Of a stretch of 64,000 nt of DNA, positions 16,910 to 26,108 are shown piece after piece (within the stretch, counting starts at the first letter, position 1; every line of letters starts with the position of its first letter). The stretch lies in assembly GCA_026401035.1 (NCBI GenBank), contig JAPLNR010000069.1, forward strand, positions 66,063 to 130,062, given 5' to 3'. The position numbers and the translations under genes were made by a program. The DNA comes from Planctomycetia bacterium (GTDB lineage: Bacteria > Planctomycetota > Planctomycetia > Pirellulales > UBA1268). Under the pieces are notes generated by a model. That model was not told the DNA's origin. It searched no databases and saw nothing but the letters and a program-made list of their open reading frames with translations.

Positions 16910-18469
16910 ATGATGACCTTCGGATGCATTCGATTGGCGAGGCTCGCGGCCGTCGCGACTGGCATGGCGGTGGTGTTGGTCCTGGGCAGCCCGACAGCGG
17001 CAGCCCAGTCTGCCCGACAGCCCAACATCCTCGTCATCTGGGGTGACGACATCGGCCAGTTCAACGTCGGGGCCTACAACCTCGGCATGATGGGCTACAA
17101 AACTCCCAACATCGACTCGATCGCCCGCGAGGGCGGCCTCTTCACCGATTGGTATGGCCAGCAGAGTTGCACCGCCGGCCGAGCGGCATTCATCACCGGC
17201 CAGTCGCCGATCCGCACGGGGCTCACGAAGGTAGGCCTGCCGGGCGCTCCCGAGGGGATGAAGAAGGAAGACCCGACGATCGCCACGCTCCTGCGGGCCC
17301 GTGGCTACGTGACGGGGCAGTTCGGCAAGAACCACCTCGGCGACCGCGACGACATGCTGCCGACGGCACACGGCTTCGACGAGTTTTACGGCAACCTCTA
17401 TCACCTCAACGCCGAGGAGGAGCCGGAGCATCCCGACTACCCGAAGAACCCGGAGTTCAAGAAGAAGTTTGGCCCGCGCGGGGTGATCCACAGTTTTGCC
17501 GACGGCCGCATTACCGACACCGGTCCGCTCACCAAGAAGCGGATGGAGACGATCGACGAGGAGGTGAACGCCAAGACGTTCGACTTCATGGCCCGGGCCA
17601 AGCAGGCCAACAAGCCGTTCTTCATCTGGTGGAACTCCACCAAGATGCACATCTTCACGCATCTCAAGGACGGCGTCGCCGGGAAGACGGGCCTGGGTAT
17701 TTACGCCGACGGCATGGTCGAGCACGACCGGCAGATCGGCGAGGTGCTCGCAAAGCTCAAGGAACTGGGGATCGACGAGAACACGATCGTGATGTACTCC
17801 ACCGACAACGGCGCCGAGGCCTTCACCTGGCCCGACGGCGGCACGACCATGTTTCGCGGTGAGAAAAACACGCAGTGGGAAGGGGGCTACCGAGTGCCCT
17901 GTGCGATCAAGTGGCCCGGCGTGATCAAGCCCGGCACCGTGGTCAACGAGATCGGCGCGCACGAAGACATGCTGACCACGCTCGTGGCCGCCGCCGGCGA
18001 CACGACCGCCAAGGAAGACCTGAAGAAGGGGCGGCAGATCGGCGGCCGCAGCTACAAGGTGCATCTCGACGGCTACAACCTCATCCCGGCACTCAAGGGG
18101 GAGGCCGAGTGGCCACGGAAGGAGTTCATCTACTGGACCGACGACGGCAGCGTGGCAGCGCTCCGCTACGGCAACTGGAAAGCCACGTTCCTCAAGCAGA
18201 ATGCCCACGGCATGCACGTCTGGCAGCAGCCGTTTGAGGTGCTGCGGGCCCCCACGCTCGTCAACCTGCGGATGGACCCGTTCGAGCTCGCTCAGGACAT
18301 CGGCATGGACTACCAACGCTGGTATCTTGAGCACATGTTCATGATCGCCCCGGCCGGTGCCTACGTGGGGCAGTGGCTGCAAAGCTTCCGCGAGTTTCCG
18401 CCGCGGCAGAAGCCGGGCAGCTTCAATCTGGATCGGGTGATGGAAGCCGTCACGGCTCAGCCGCAATAG
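16910..18469 (+). CDS. arylsulfatase (type I sulfatase)
   Basis: The track ORF is 16838..18469. I prefer the ATG at 16910 (MMTFGCIRLARLAAVATGMAVVLVLGSPTAAAQ, a signal peptide). Contains QPNILVIWGDDIG and the formylglycine motif SCTAGRAAFITG. Confidence 0.9.
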   Translation: MMTFGCIRLARLAAVATGMAVVLVLGSPTAAAQSARQPNILVIWGDDIGQFNVGAYNLGMMGYKTPNIDSIAREGGLFTDWYGQQSCTAGRAAFITGQSPIRTGLTKVGLPGAPEGMKKEDPTIATLLRARGYVTGQFGKNHLGDRDDMLPTAHGFDEFYGNLYHLNAEEEPEHPDYPKNPEFKKKFGPRGVIHSFADGRITDTGPLTKKRMETIDEEVNAKTFDFMARAKQANKPFFIWWNSTKMHIFTHLKDGVAGKTGLGIYADGMVEHDRQIGEVLAKLKELGIDENTIVMYSTDNGAEAFTWPDGGTTMFRGEKNTQWEGGYRVPCAIKWPGVIKPGTVVNEIGAHEDMLTTLVAAAGDTTAKEDLKKGRQIGGRSYKVHLDGYNLIPALKGEAEWPRKEFIYWTDDGSVAALRYGNWKATFLKQNAHGMHVWQQPFEVLRAPTLVNLRMDPFELAQDIGMDYQRWYLEHMFMIAPAGAYVGQWLQSFREFPPRQKPGSFNLDRVMEAVTAQPQ

Positions 18470-18536
18470 GGCCGCCCGCGGGAGACGCGCCGCGGCCGAT
18501 TCCCGCAAAACCGAGCCGGCTGCCTATACTGCGGCC

Positions 18537-18884
18537 ATGAATATCGAACGCGTGAAGTATGTAATCTGGGCGGCCGACATGGACCGGGCGATCCGGTTCT
18601 ACCGCGACACCTGCGGCGGCCGGCTGCTCAAGCAAAACAGTGTCATCGCCGAGGTGGAAATCCTCGGGTCGGTGATCGGCATCCACTCTGGCGGTGAGGG
18701 AAAGCGCACCTGGACGGGCTTGAGCTTCCAGGTGCCCGACGTGATCGCCGGGGCCCGTGAGGTGGTCGCGGCGGGTGGCCAGCTCGTCCGCGAGCCGGAG
18801 CCCGAGAATGGCGAACCGCCCCACTTGGCGATGTGCGTCGACCCGGAAGGGAATGAATTCATGCTCTCGCGAAAGCGGGGGTAG
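18537..18884 (+). CDS. VOC family (glyoxalase/bleomycin-resistance fold) protein
   Basis: 115-aa ORF. The size and the pattern MNIERVKYVIWAADMDRAIRFYRD ... VDPEGNEFML are typical of the VOC fold. Confidence 0.75.
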   Translation: MNIERVKYVIWAADMDRAIRFYRDTCGGRLLKQNSVIAEVEILGSVIGIHSGGEGKRTWTGLSFQVPDVIAGAREVVAAGGQLVREPEPENGEPPHLAMCVDPEGNEFMLSRKRG

Positions 18885-18894
18885 GAAGACCGCG

Positions 18895-19563
18895 ATGATC
18901 GACCAGCCGACTGCACATGGATGGGCAGGGCTGCTGCCGGCCGGCACGCTGCCGCACGTCGAGCAGCTGCTGGCGAGCCATGCGGTGACCGTGCGGCTGA
19001 GCCGGCCGCGCCGCAGCAAACTGGGCGACCACCGCCCGCCGGTCCGCGGACAGGGCCAGCACCGGATCACAGTCAACGACAACCTCAATCCCTACGCCTT
19101 CCTGACCACGCTCCTGCACGAGATCGCCCATGTGAACACGTGGGAAAAACTCCGGCTGCGGATCCGGCGGTACCGGCCGCACGGCCGGGAATGGAAGCGG
19201 GAGTTTGAACAGATTCTCGCGCCGGTCGTCACGGGCGGCATGCTGCCGGGAGACATCAGCGATGCTCTCGGGGCCTTCATGCGGAATCCCGCGGCGGCGT
19301 CGTGCAGCGACCGGCGGCTCATGCTCACGCTCGCTCGCTACGACCACGAGGAACCGGGACGGTCGCGAGTGGAGGAGCTGGCCGTGGGCGCCGTGTTTCG
19401 CATCGACAGCGGACAGGTGTTTCGTGTCAGCCGCCGGCTCCGCAGCCGCTACCAGTGCTTCGAGGTGACGACGGGCCGGGAATACCGGGTGCACTCGCTC
19501 TGCCGTGTGGAGCCGCTGCCGGCGTCGGCACTCAAACGCAGGCGCAAGTCAGCGCTGGGCTGA
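18895..19563 (+). CDS. SprT-like zinc metalloprotease domain protein
   Basis: Internal ATG of track ORF 18757..19563 (MIDQPTAHGW...). Contains the HExxH motif LLHEIAHVNTWE followed by RPHGREWKREF. Confidence 0.7.
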   Translation: MIDQPTAHGWAGLLPAGTLPHVEQLLASHAVTVRLSRPRRSKLGDHRPPVRGQGQHRITVNDNLNPYAFLTTLLHEIAHVNTWEKLRLRIRRYRPHGREWKREFEQILAPVVTGGMLPGDISDALGAFMRNPAAASCSDRRLMLTLARYDHEEPGRSRVEELAVGAVFRIDSGQVFRVSRRLRSRYQCFEVTTGREYRVHSLCRVEPLPASALKRRRKSALG

Positions 19564-19776
19564 AGAACCGCCCCGCGACTGCCGCCGCCGCACGGCGTTG
19601 CCGTAGATGTGGAGTGGCCGATAGGGCCGCTTCTCGATCGGCGTCTGCTTGATCTGGTCGCGGGCTTCGCCCACTGCGATCACGCCGGGCTCGCGGGCTA
19701 TGGCCGTCGAGGACAGACTGTCGGTGGCCGCGGCGAGGAGCGTGGCGAGTAGCGGCAGAAACTTGATGGCTCTCAT
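19549..19776 (-). CDS. small secreted hypothetical protein
   Basis: 75-aa ORF with a signal peptide (MRAIKFLPLLATLLAAA). GC3 bias was checked codon by codon. I recognise no family. Confidence 0.5.
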   Translation of the reverse strand: MRAIKFLPLLATLLAAATDSLSSTAIAREPGVIAVGEARDQIKQTPIEKRPYRPLHIYGNAVRRRQSRGGSSAQR

Positions 19777-20054
19777 CTGTTCGTGATCCAGGTGTTTTTG
19801 ACCCGACTATTTTTCTGATCGGAACGCCGGACAAGAATGTTTCATGCGGCGCCGCGCGATCGACGGATTGTCATATCCCGCACCTCCGGAACCGCCGCGC
19901 GACACGCGCCCCCCTCGCGCGGGTGATCTTTGTCGGCATGGCCGGTAGGGTCACCGCGGAAACCGGATGCGTGCATGCTGCGGTGATTTTTCCTATGCTG
20001 CAATCGTTGACTGCGCGGTCGTGAGAGCAGGCTTTTCGCTTGAGAGAGGTGCCG

Positions 20055-20945
20055 ATGCGTTTTTCTGCGTTGTGTTTGGTGGGAATGATCCTCGTAGCCG
20101 CCGGCCGCGGTGCCGGCGCGGCTGAACCGGATGCCGCGGCGGAGGACGCAATCCGCAAGGCTTCGGCTGCGTACGCCGAGGCCTACAACAAGCGGGACTT
20201 CAAGGTGGTCGCCGACCAATGGGCCGGCAATGCCGAACTCATCGAGGGGGGCACGCGGGTGGTGGGCCGCGACGCGATCGTCGCCTCGATCCGCAGCTGG
20301 CTCGAGCGGCATCCGCAGGCCACGCTCGAAATCAGGGTGACAGCCGTCGATCTCGTGGCCGCGCCTTTGGCCCGCGTGCGGGGCAGCATGCGATTCACCG
20401 GCAAACCCGGAGCCCCGCCGCAGGAAACCCGATTCGAGAGCCTGCGGGTGCTGGAGGACGGCACCTGGCGGCTGGCTGAATCATACGTGGCGCCCAGCCA
20501 CGCTGCGGCACTCGAGGATCTCGGCTGGCTCGTCGGCACCTGGCAGGCAACCGACGCCAAGACCGGCACGCTGGTGGAGGCGACGTTCGAGCGGGCGCTC
20601 GGCGGCCATGCACTCGTCGGCCGCACGAAGGTGACACCGAAGGGCGGAAAGCCCGTCGAATCGCTCGAAGTCATCCGTGCCGACCGTGCCGACCGGGTTG
20701 TCCGGACGTCGATTCTCGATTCGACCGGTGCCTCGGCGGAGGGCGTGATCGAGTCGGACGGCACCACGCTCAACCGTAGCCTCGTGGGCGTGCCTGCCGC
20801 GACCGTCGCCGGGCGGCGGGTGCAGTGGGTGCAGGCGATCGTGCCCGGTGGCGACGGCCGGTTCACGATGCAATCGCTCGAACGGTCGCTCGATGGCCGA
20901 CCGCTCCCCGACGGCGAGCCGATGTATTTCCGAAAAATAAAGTAG
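20055..20945 (+). CDS. SnoaL-like / NTF2-fold (DUF4440-type) secreted protein with a second beta-rich domain
   Basis: MRFSALCLVGMILVAAG is a signal peptide. AEDAIRKASAAYAEAYNKRDFKVVADQWAGNAELI is typical of SgcJ/EcaC-type NTF2-like domains. The TAG stop lies inside a REP-like element. Confidence 0.7.
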   Translation: MRFSALCLVGMILVAAGRGAGAAEPDAAAEDAIRKASAAYAEAYNKRDFKVVADQWAGNAELIEGGTRVVGRDAIVASIRSWLERHPQATLEIRVTAVDLVAAPLARVRGSMRFTGKPGAPPQETRFESLRVLEDGTWRLAESYVAPSHAAALEDLGWLVGTWQATDAKTGTLVEATFERALGGHALVGRTKVTPKGGKPVESLEVIRADRADRVVRTSILDSTGASAEGVIESDGTTLNRSLVGVPAATVAGRRVQWVQAIVPGGDGRFTMQSLERSLDGRPLPDGEPMYFRKIK

Positions 20946-20963
20946 GACAGGCTTCAGCCTGTC
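20943..20963 (+). repeat. REP-like element: GTAG + hairpin GACAGGC-TTCA-GCCTGTC
   Basis: The sequence taggacaggcttcagcctgtc was read directly. It forms a 7-bp perfect stem with a 4-nt loop. The same 22-mer recurs at 40568-40589 and twice at 26001-26065. Confidence 0.8.
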
Positions 20964-21013
20964 AAAAAGTGGTAACGGGCCGCAGCCCGCCAAAAAACAC
21001 TCAGGAGTCCCCG

Positions 21014-22276
21014 ATGTCACACAACACCTCCCTCCGAAAGCTCACCACCACGCTCGCGGCGTTCGCGGCGCTCGTCGCCAACATGGCCGGCACCGCGCTG
21101 CATGCGCATGGCGGTGGCGGCGGCCACATGGGTGGCATGGGAGGCGGCGGCCACATGGGTGGCTATGGCGGCCCGCACATGGGGGGCGGCGGCTTCGACG
21201 GCGGCCGTTCTTTCGATAGAGATCCCGACATGGGGGGCGGCCGGGGGCTCGACGCGGGACGGCCCGGAGCTGCGGCTCGGCCCGCCGATGCGGGCCGAGA
21301 TCTCGACGGCGGCCGTGGCCTGGATGGGGCCCGTGGACTGGACGGCGGCCGCTCGCTCGACGGTGCACGGGAATACGGCGGCCTCGACGGTGCCGCCGGG
21401 CACTTCGCCGGAGAGCACAATCTGTCAAAAGCCGACTTCCAGCGGATCGCTGATCAGGGCCTCGGCCGCGATGGCCTGCGGGACGGCCTCGGCCGCGGTG
21501 CCGTGCGACCCTATTCGATCAACAGCCTTTCAAATCGGGGCAACATCATCCGCAACAACTTCTACCACGGCGGCTGGTACGGCGGCCGCGGCTGGTATGG
21601 CGCCCACTTTGGCGCGTGGTGGCCCGGTGCCTGGTGGGGCGGCTTCGGCTGGGGCATGGGTGCGGGAATGCTTGCGGGCCTCGCGTGGAGTGATCTCGTC
21701 GGCTGGGGTGGCTATGGGGCTGCGCCTGTCTCCTACAACTACGGCACGAATGTCTGCTATCAGGACGACGGCGTCTACGTGCAGGGCAGCCGTGTTGGCT
21801 CGCCAGAGGAGTATGCCCAGCAGGCGGCGACGATCGCCGGGCAGGGTGGGGCCGACGTGAAGATCGACAGCGCCGACCAGTGGCGGCCGCTCGGTGTGTT
21901 TGCGCTCGCCCGGTCGGAGGAGACAAACCCCAGCACGTTTCTGAGCCTGGCGATCGACAAGGCCGGCCTGCTCCGTGGCACCTATTACGACGCTGTCTCC
22001 GACTCGACGCAAAACATCGTCGGCAAGGTCGACAAGAAGACCCAGCGGGCTGCCTGGACGATCGGCGACAAGAAGACGCCGATCTACGAGGCCGGCCTTT
22101 CCAACCTGCCGGACGATAAGACCGCGGGGTCACAAGCCGCTCCAGGAGCTGGTGCAGCGCCGCGGCCCCGCAGCGGGCCGGATGCCGACGGGGTTGACCG
22201 TGACGAGGTCGACAAGAATGACGTCGACAAGGATGAGGTCGATGCCGACGTCAGCGATCGCACCGGCAGCCAGTGA
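21014..22276 (+). CDS. secreted Gly/His/Met-rich repeat protein with conserved C-terminal domain
   Basis: Internal ATG of track ORF 20825..22276 (MSHNTSLRKLTTTLAAFAALVANMAGTALHAHGGGGGHMGG...). It has GGHMGG repeats, GRGLDG repeats, a Trp/Gly-rich segment, and the C-terminal block QWRPLGVFALARSEETNPSTFLSLAIDKAGLLRGTYYDAVSDSTQNIVGKVDKKTQRAAWTIGDK. Confidence 0.75.
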   Translation: MSHNTSLRKLTTTLAAFAALVANMAGTALHAHGGGGGHMGGMGGGGHMGGYGGPHMGGGGFDGGRSFDRDPDMGGGRGLDAGRPGAAARPADAGRDLDGGRGLDGARGLDGGRSLDGAREYGGLDGAAGHFAGEHNLSKADFQRIADQGLGRDGLRDGLGRGAVRPYSINSLSNRGNIIRNNFYHGGWYGGRGWYGAHFGAWWPGAWWGGFGWGMGAGMLAGLAWSDLVGWGGYGAAPVSYNYGTNVCYQDDGVYVQGSRVGSPEEYAQQAATIAGQGGADVKIDSADQWRPLGVFALARSEETNPSTFLSLAIDKAGLLRGTYYDAVSDSTQNIVGKVDKKTQRAAWTIGDKKTPIYEAGLSNLPDDKTAGSQAAPGAGAAPRPRSGPDADGVDRDEVDKNDVDKDEVDADVSDRTGSQ

Positions 22277-23094
22277 TGCGGGGCATGAGAGCGCACGCTC
22301 TGCTGCTGCTGCTGGCTCTTGCACCTGGATGCGCTGATTCCGCGCTGCCGCCGACCGCAGCGCCTGAAGCAGCTTTTTCCGCCGGCCACTGGGTCGATCT
22401 CACGCATCCGTTCGATGCGCGGACGATCTATTGGCCCACCGAGAAGGGGTTTCAGTTTGACGTCGGAAACAATGGCCCGACGGCGAAGGGCTACTACTAC
22501 GCCGCGAACCGGTTTACGACGGCCGAGCACGGCGGCACGCACCTCGACGCGCCGCGGCATTTTGCCGCCAACGGGCAGACGAGCGACGCGATCCCGGTCG
22601 ATCGGCTCGTCGGTGAAGCGGTCGTGATCGACGTTGCGAAGCAGTGCGCGGCCGATCAGGCGTACGAGGTTTCGGCCGACGATCTGGTCGCCTGGGAGCA
22701 GTCCCACGGCCGGCAGCTCGTCGACGTGATCGTGCTCCTGCGAACCGGCTGGGCCGCGAAGTGGGCCGATCGTACGGCCTATCTGGGCACCTCTGCCATG
22801 GGGCCGGAGGCCGTGGCCAAGCTGCGATTCCCGGGGCTCGCGCCGCTGGCTGCCAAGTGGCTCGTCGAGCACCGGCGGATCAAGGCGATCGGCATCGACA
22901 CGGCGAGCATCGATCACGGTCCGTCAGTCGAGTTCGGCGCGCACGTCGCCCTGTGCGGTGGAAATGTGCCAATCTTCGAGAATGTCGCCGCCCTCGACCA
23001 GCTCCCGGAGCAGGGGGCGTTCGTGGCAGCGCTGCCAATGAAGATTGCCGGCGGCAGCGGCGGCCCGCTGCGGATCGTGGCCCGCGTTCGCTGA
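22276..23094 (+). CDS. putative cyclase family protein (kynurenine/aryl-formamidase-like metal hydrolase), lipoprotein
   Basis: LLLLLALAPGC is a lipobox. WVDLTHPF...EHGGTHLDAPRHF is the signature of the putative-cyclase / formamidase fold. The start ATG shares one base with the upstream TGA. Confidence 0.8.
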   Translation: MRGMRAHALLLLLALAPGCADSALPPTAAPEAAFSAGHWVDLTHPFDARTIYWPTEKGFQFDVGNNGPTAKGYYYAANRFTTAEHGGTHLDAPRHFAANGQTSDAIPVDRLVGEAVVIDVAKQCAADQAYEVSADDLVAWEQSHGRQLVDVIVLLRTGWAAKWADRTAYLGTSAMGPEAVAKLRFPGLAPLAAKWLVEHRRIKAIGIDTASIDHGPSVEFGAHVALCGGNVPIFENVAALDQLPEQGAFVAALPMKIAGGSGGPLRIVARVR

Positions 23095-23134
23095 TGCCGA
23101 AGGGCGTCTGTCAGGTGGCGGGCATGTTTTGCTT

Positions 23135-25276
23135 CTAGTCCGAGGTCCAGCGTGACTCGTAGACCGCGCCCTGCCGCGGCGCGATCACCGACCAGCCGAT
23201 GAGCTGGCCGTAGGGGTGGTCGATCGTGTATCGGGCCGTGAGGGGCTCTGCCGCGTCAGGCTCGCCCCGGGGATACCGCACGAGTTCATAGCGGCGGTAA
23301 GGATGGTCAGGATGGTCCTCGGGGAAGAGGAGCCAGACGGTCAGAAGCTCCGCTGGGAACTGCATCACGACCGGCATCTGGCCCGGGGGGAGCGACGAGA
23401 ACCGGGCCACGGCGGTCATTTCCAGCGCGATCGTCTCGTTGAGCGTCGCCTGCGACAGGTCGCAGTGAAACTCGTACTGGTTCGTGGGGGTGCCGGCGGC
23501 ATCGCGCTGCGTCACCCGCCGCACCTGCGTGGGAAAGCGGCCTTTCGGCTGGCGGTATTCGACGTCTTCGACGGCGAGTGCCGTGCGGAACACGACGCCC
23601 TGCTTCCGGCGTGCCTCGTCGGTGACCCGGAGCGTCATCCGATCGCGAAAATGCACGCGGCCGCCGCTGTCGGGCCGCAGGCTTCCGGCCCAGGCGCCAC
23701 GCAGGTCGTTGATGCGGCTGTAGGAGAGGATTTCGAGGCCCGCATAATCCTCCGGCGTCGGCAGGGCTGCGTCCGTGATTTCGAGCTTCCGCCAGTCGTT
23801 CAGCGGATCGCTTTCCACGAGGTCGAGCACGAGGCGGATGTCGGGATCGCCCTTGGCAATCGAGTCAATTACGCTCGTGAGCATCGCGGCATGGCGATGG
23901 AGGTTGTAGAACCGCACCGGGAAATAGACGAGCAGCAGGAAGCCAAGCGCCAGATAGATGTAGGTGGGCCAGTCCTTCCAGTCGAGGAGCGTCGACCAAA
24001 CCTTTCGGTGGCTCGAGCCGCGAAGCTGTGCGGAGAGCCGCGCGGGCGAGCTCGTGGTGGCTGTTCGCGCGGTGCCGTGCGGGCCGCCTTGCCCTTGGCC
24101 GTCCACCGCCGCGGTGGCCGGAACCACGGAATAACGACCCGGCAAAGGCTCCCAGGGGGGGCCTTCGTGAACGGGCCGCAGAGACTTGTCGGCGATCTGG
24201 CGGTGCATGCTGCGGGTCACCTCGTAGCCGTGGGCCACGAGGGCGTTGACCTCAAGGTCGCTGAAGCGGTCGAGGTCGGTGCGGACGCTCGACACCTCCG
24301 CCTGCACGACGGGGTGGATGGCCCGGGGATCTTCGTGCGGGTCGACGACATGCGTCACCGGCAGGAAATAAAAGCCGTTCTGGTCGCCGAAATTCTCCCG
24401 TTCCAGCTGCCAGACCCGGTCCCAGAGGATGTCGGTGGCCCGGATCGACTGCGCGATGAAGCCGAGGGGCGCGTTGCCGAGGATCTGAAACGGCTTGCCG
24501 GCGTCGCTCACCAGGACGCGGTCGTAGGGCTCGCTCCGGTGCCGGGCGAGCCAGGCGAAGGCCCGTGTGCCGAGATTGTCGTACACGCCACCGTCGGTGA
24601 ACGATTCGGTGGGAAACTGCCCCTCATGGACGCCGAGATCGTGTGCCGAAATCTCGACCGGTGGAAAGAATCCGGGGAACGCCGATGAGGCGCTCACGAC
24701 CTTCGCGACGCTGGCCGTCTGGCCCGCCACATGCCGGAACGGATCGGCTTCGCCCCTCTCCCGCTTCTGGAGATGCAGCCCCTCGCGGTTGAACACCGCC
24801 ATGACGCCGTCGCTGACGTTGGTGGCGAGGATGTGGAGGGCCGGCTTCTCGGGGAATTCGAAGAGCCGCCGGTCACCATAGAGAAACTGCCGGTAGATGC
24901 CTTCGAGCAGGGCGTTCGGGGAGAGCTGCGGGGCGTGCCAGCCGGTGAGCCGCGCCGCTGCCCGCAGCGGAAAGAGCAGCGGGAGCCGGCGGACGATCCG
25001 GTTTCGCACGTCGTGCTGCACGAACCGCACGATCTCGCCGGCCGCCTCGGCAAACTCCGCGTCGCTGCCGGTGTAACGGTCCCAGTTAAGCACGAGGTGC
25101 GCGGCCAGAATGCTCCCGCCGGACACGGCGGCGATGTCATCGATGAACGGCAGCGTGCCGTTGTCGCGGAGATAGCGGATCACGCCGAGGTGGTAGAGCG
25201 TGGCGCGAAAGCCGCCGCCTGAGAGAGCAAGTCCGATGCAGGCCATGAGACGCCGAATCCGCGGGAAGGTGGACAA
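23135..25276 (-). CDS. patatin-like phospholipase with central TM helix and uncharacterised C-terminal domain
   Basis: 713-aa ORF. Contains the oxyanion motif LSGGGFRATLYHLG, the nucleophile elbow AVSGGS, and a later DGGVYDNLG (catalytic Asp). A hydrophobic segment WPTYIYLALGFLLLVYFPVRFY is followed by about 240 aa that I cannot assign to a family. Confidence 0.85.
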   Translation of the reverse strand: MSTFPRIRRLMACIGLALSGGGFRATLYHLGVIRYLRDNGTLPFIDDIAAVSGGSILAAHLVLNWDRYTGSDAEFAEAAGEIVRFVQHDVRNRIVRRLPLLFPLRAAARLTGWHAPQLSPNALLEGIYRQFLYGDRRLFEFPEKPALHILATNVSDGVMAVFNREGLHLQKRERGEADPFRHVAGQTASVAKVVSASSAFPGFFPPVEISAHDLGVHEGQFPTESFTDGGVYDNLGTRAFAWLARHRSEPYDRVLVSDAGKPFQILGNAPLGFIAQSIRATDILWDRVWQLERENFGDQNGFYFLPVTHVVDPHEDPRAIHPVVQAEVSSVRTDLDRFSDLEVNALVAHGYEVTRSMHRQIADKSLRPVHEGPPWEPLPGRYSVVPATAAVDGQGQGGPHGTARTATTSSPARLSAQLRGSSHRKVWSTLLDWKDWPTYIYLALGFLLLVYFPVRFYNLHRHAAMLTSVIDSIAKGDPDIRLVLDLVESDPLNDWRKLEITDAALPTPEDYAGLEILSYSRINDLRGAWAGSLRPDSGGRVHFRDRMTLRVTDEARRKQGVVFRTALAVEDVEYRQPKGRFPTQVRRVTQRDAAGTPTNQYEFHCDLSQATLNETIALEMTAVARFSSLPPGQMPVVMQFPAELLTVWLLFPEDHPDHPYRRYELVRYPRGEPDAAEPLTARYTIDHPYGQLIGWSVIAPRQGAVYESRWTSD

Positions 25277-25444
25277 ACGACCGCGTTACTGTGGCGAATG
25301 TCCGCCGAGACGGGCAACCGCAGCCGGGATTCCCGGGATCACCGCCCGGAGCCGGAGCGTTGGCAACCGGCCGCGGAATCGGCCACAATTCCGATCCTTG
25401 AACAATCTCACCCTGACCACTTCCAAACGGCGGAGCAATCATCC

Positions 25445-25999
25445 ATGGCCGGCAAAAAAATCATCATGCGGACGGGCGAGGCACTCGCGGAGGCCGACGA
25501 GGCCTGGAGCGCGGCGGAGCCCGAGGTCGTCATCGGCGAACTCGATGGCCCGGTCGGCTACGCGATCGCCAATCTGATCGGTGATCAGGTGAAGGGGCAC
25601 ACCCGCGTCTGGGCAATCCTGAACAGCGACGTGCAGGTTCGCCCCGCCACGCTGATGGTGAGCAAGTACACGGCGCCCAACGCCCGCTACACGAACATCC
25701 TGATGGGCACCGTGCAGGCGGCCGTCGCCAACGCCGTGCTCGACAGCGTGCGTGAGGGGCACATTCCGAAGAACAAGGTCAACGACATCGGGATCATCGT
25801 GGCGGTGTGGCTCGACCCGTCGGCGGCCGAGGCCAAGACGAAGATCGACCACGAGGTGCTCTTCAAGACCCACCGCGAGGCGACGCTGAACGCCATCCGC
25901 AAGGCGATGAACAATGAGCCCTCTATCGACTGGCTGCTGAAGAACCAGAAGAAGGTCGGCCACTACTTCCACGAACTGGCCCTGAAGGGCGAACTGTGA
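25445..25999 (+). CDS. formaldehyde-activating enzyme family protein (Fae-like)
   Basis: Internal ATG of track ORF 25298..25999. By eye, MAGKKIIMRTGEALAE...VVIGELDGP...RPATLMVSKYT...GTVQAAVANAVLDSVREGHIP is colinear with methylotroph Fae. Confidence 0.7.
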   Translation: MAGKKIIMRTGEALAEADEAWSAAEPEVVIGELDGPVGYAIANLIGDQVKGHTRVWAILNSDVQVRPATLMVSKYTAPNARYTNILMGTVQAAVANAVLDSVREGHIPKNKVNDIGIIVAVWLDPSAAEAKTKIDHEVLFKTHREATLNAIRKAMNNEPSIDWLLKNQKKVGHYFHELALKGEL

Positions 26000-26000
26000 A

Positions 26001-26065
26001 AGTACGACAGGCTTCAGCCTGTCAAATCCGTCGCCAGCCCGCGACAGGCTGAAGCCTGTCCTACT
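26001..26065. repeat. inverted doublet of the REP-like element (REPIN/BIME-like) between convergent genes
   Basis: The sequences are agtacgacaggcttcagcctgtc (26001-26023) and gacaggctgaagcctgtcctact (26043-26065). The second is the reverse complement of the first with one mismatch. The spacer is 19 nt. Confidence 0.8.
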
Positions 26066-26108
26066 TTCGCGGGTGCGGCCGGTTTCATGCTGTCGCAAAG
26101 TTCGGCTT

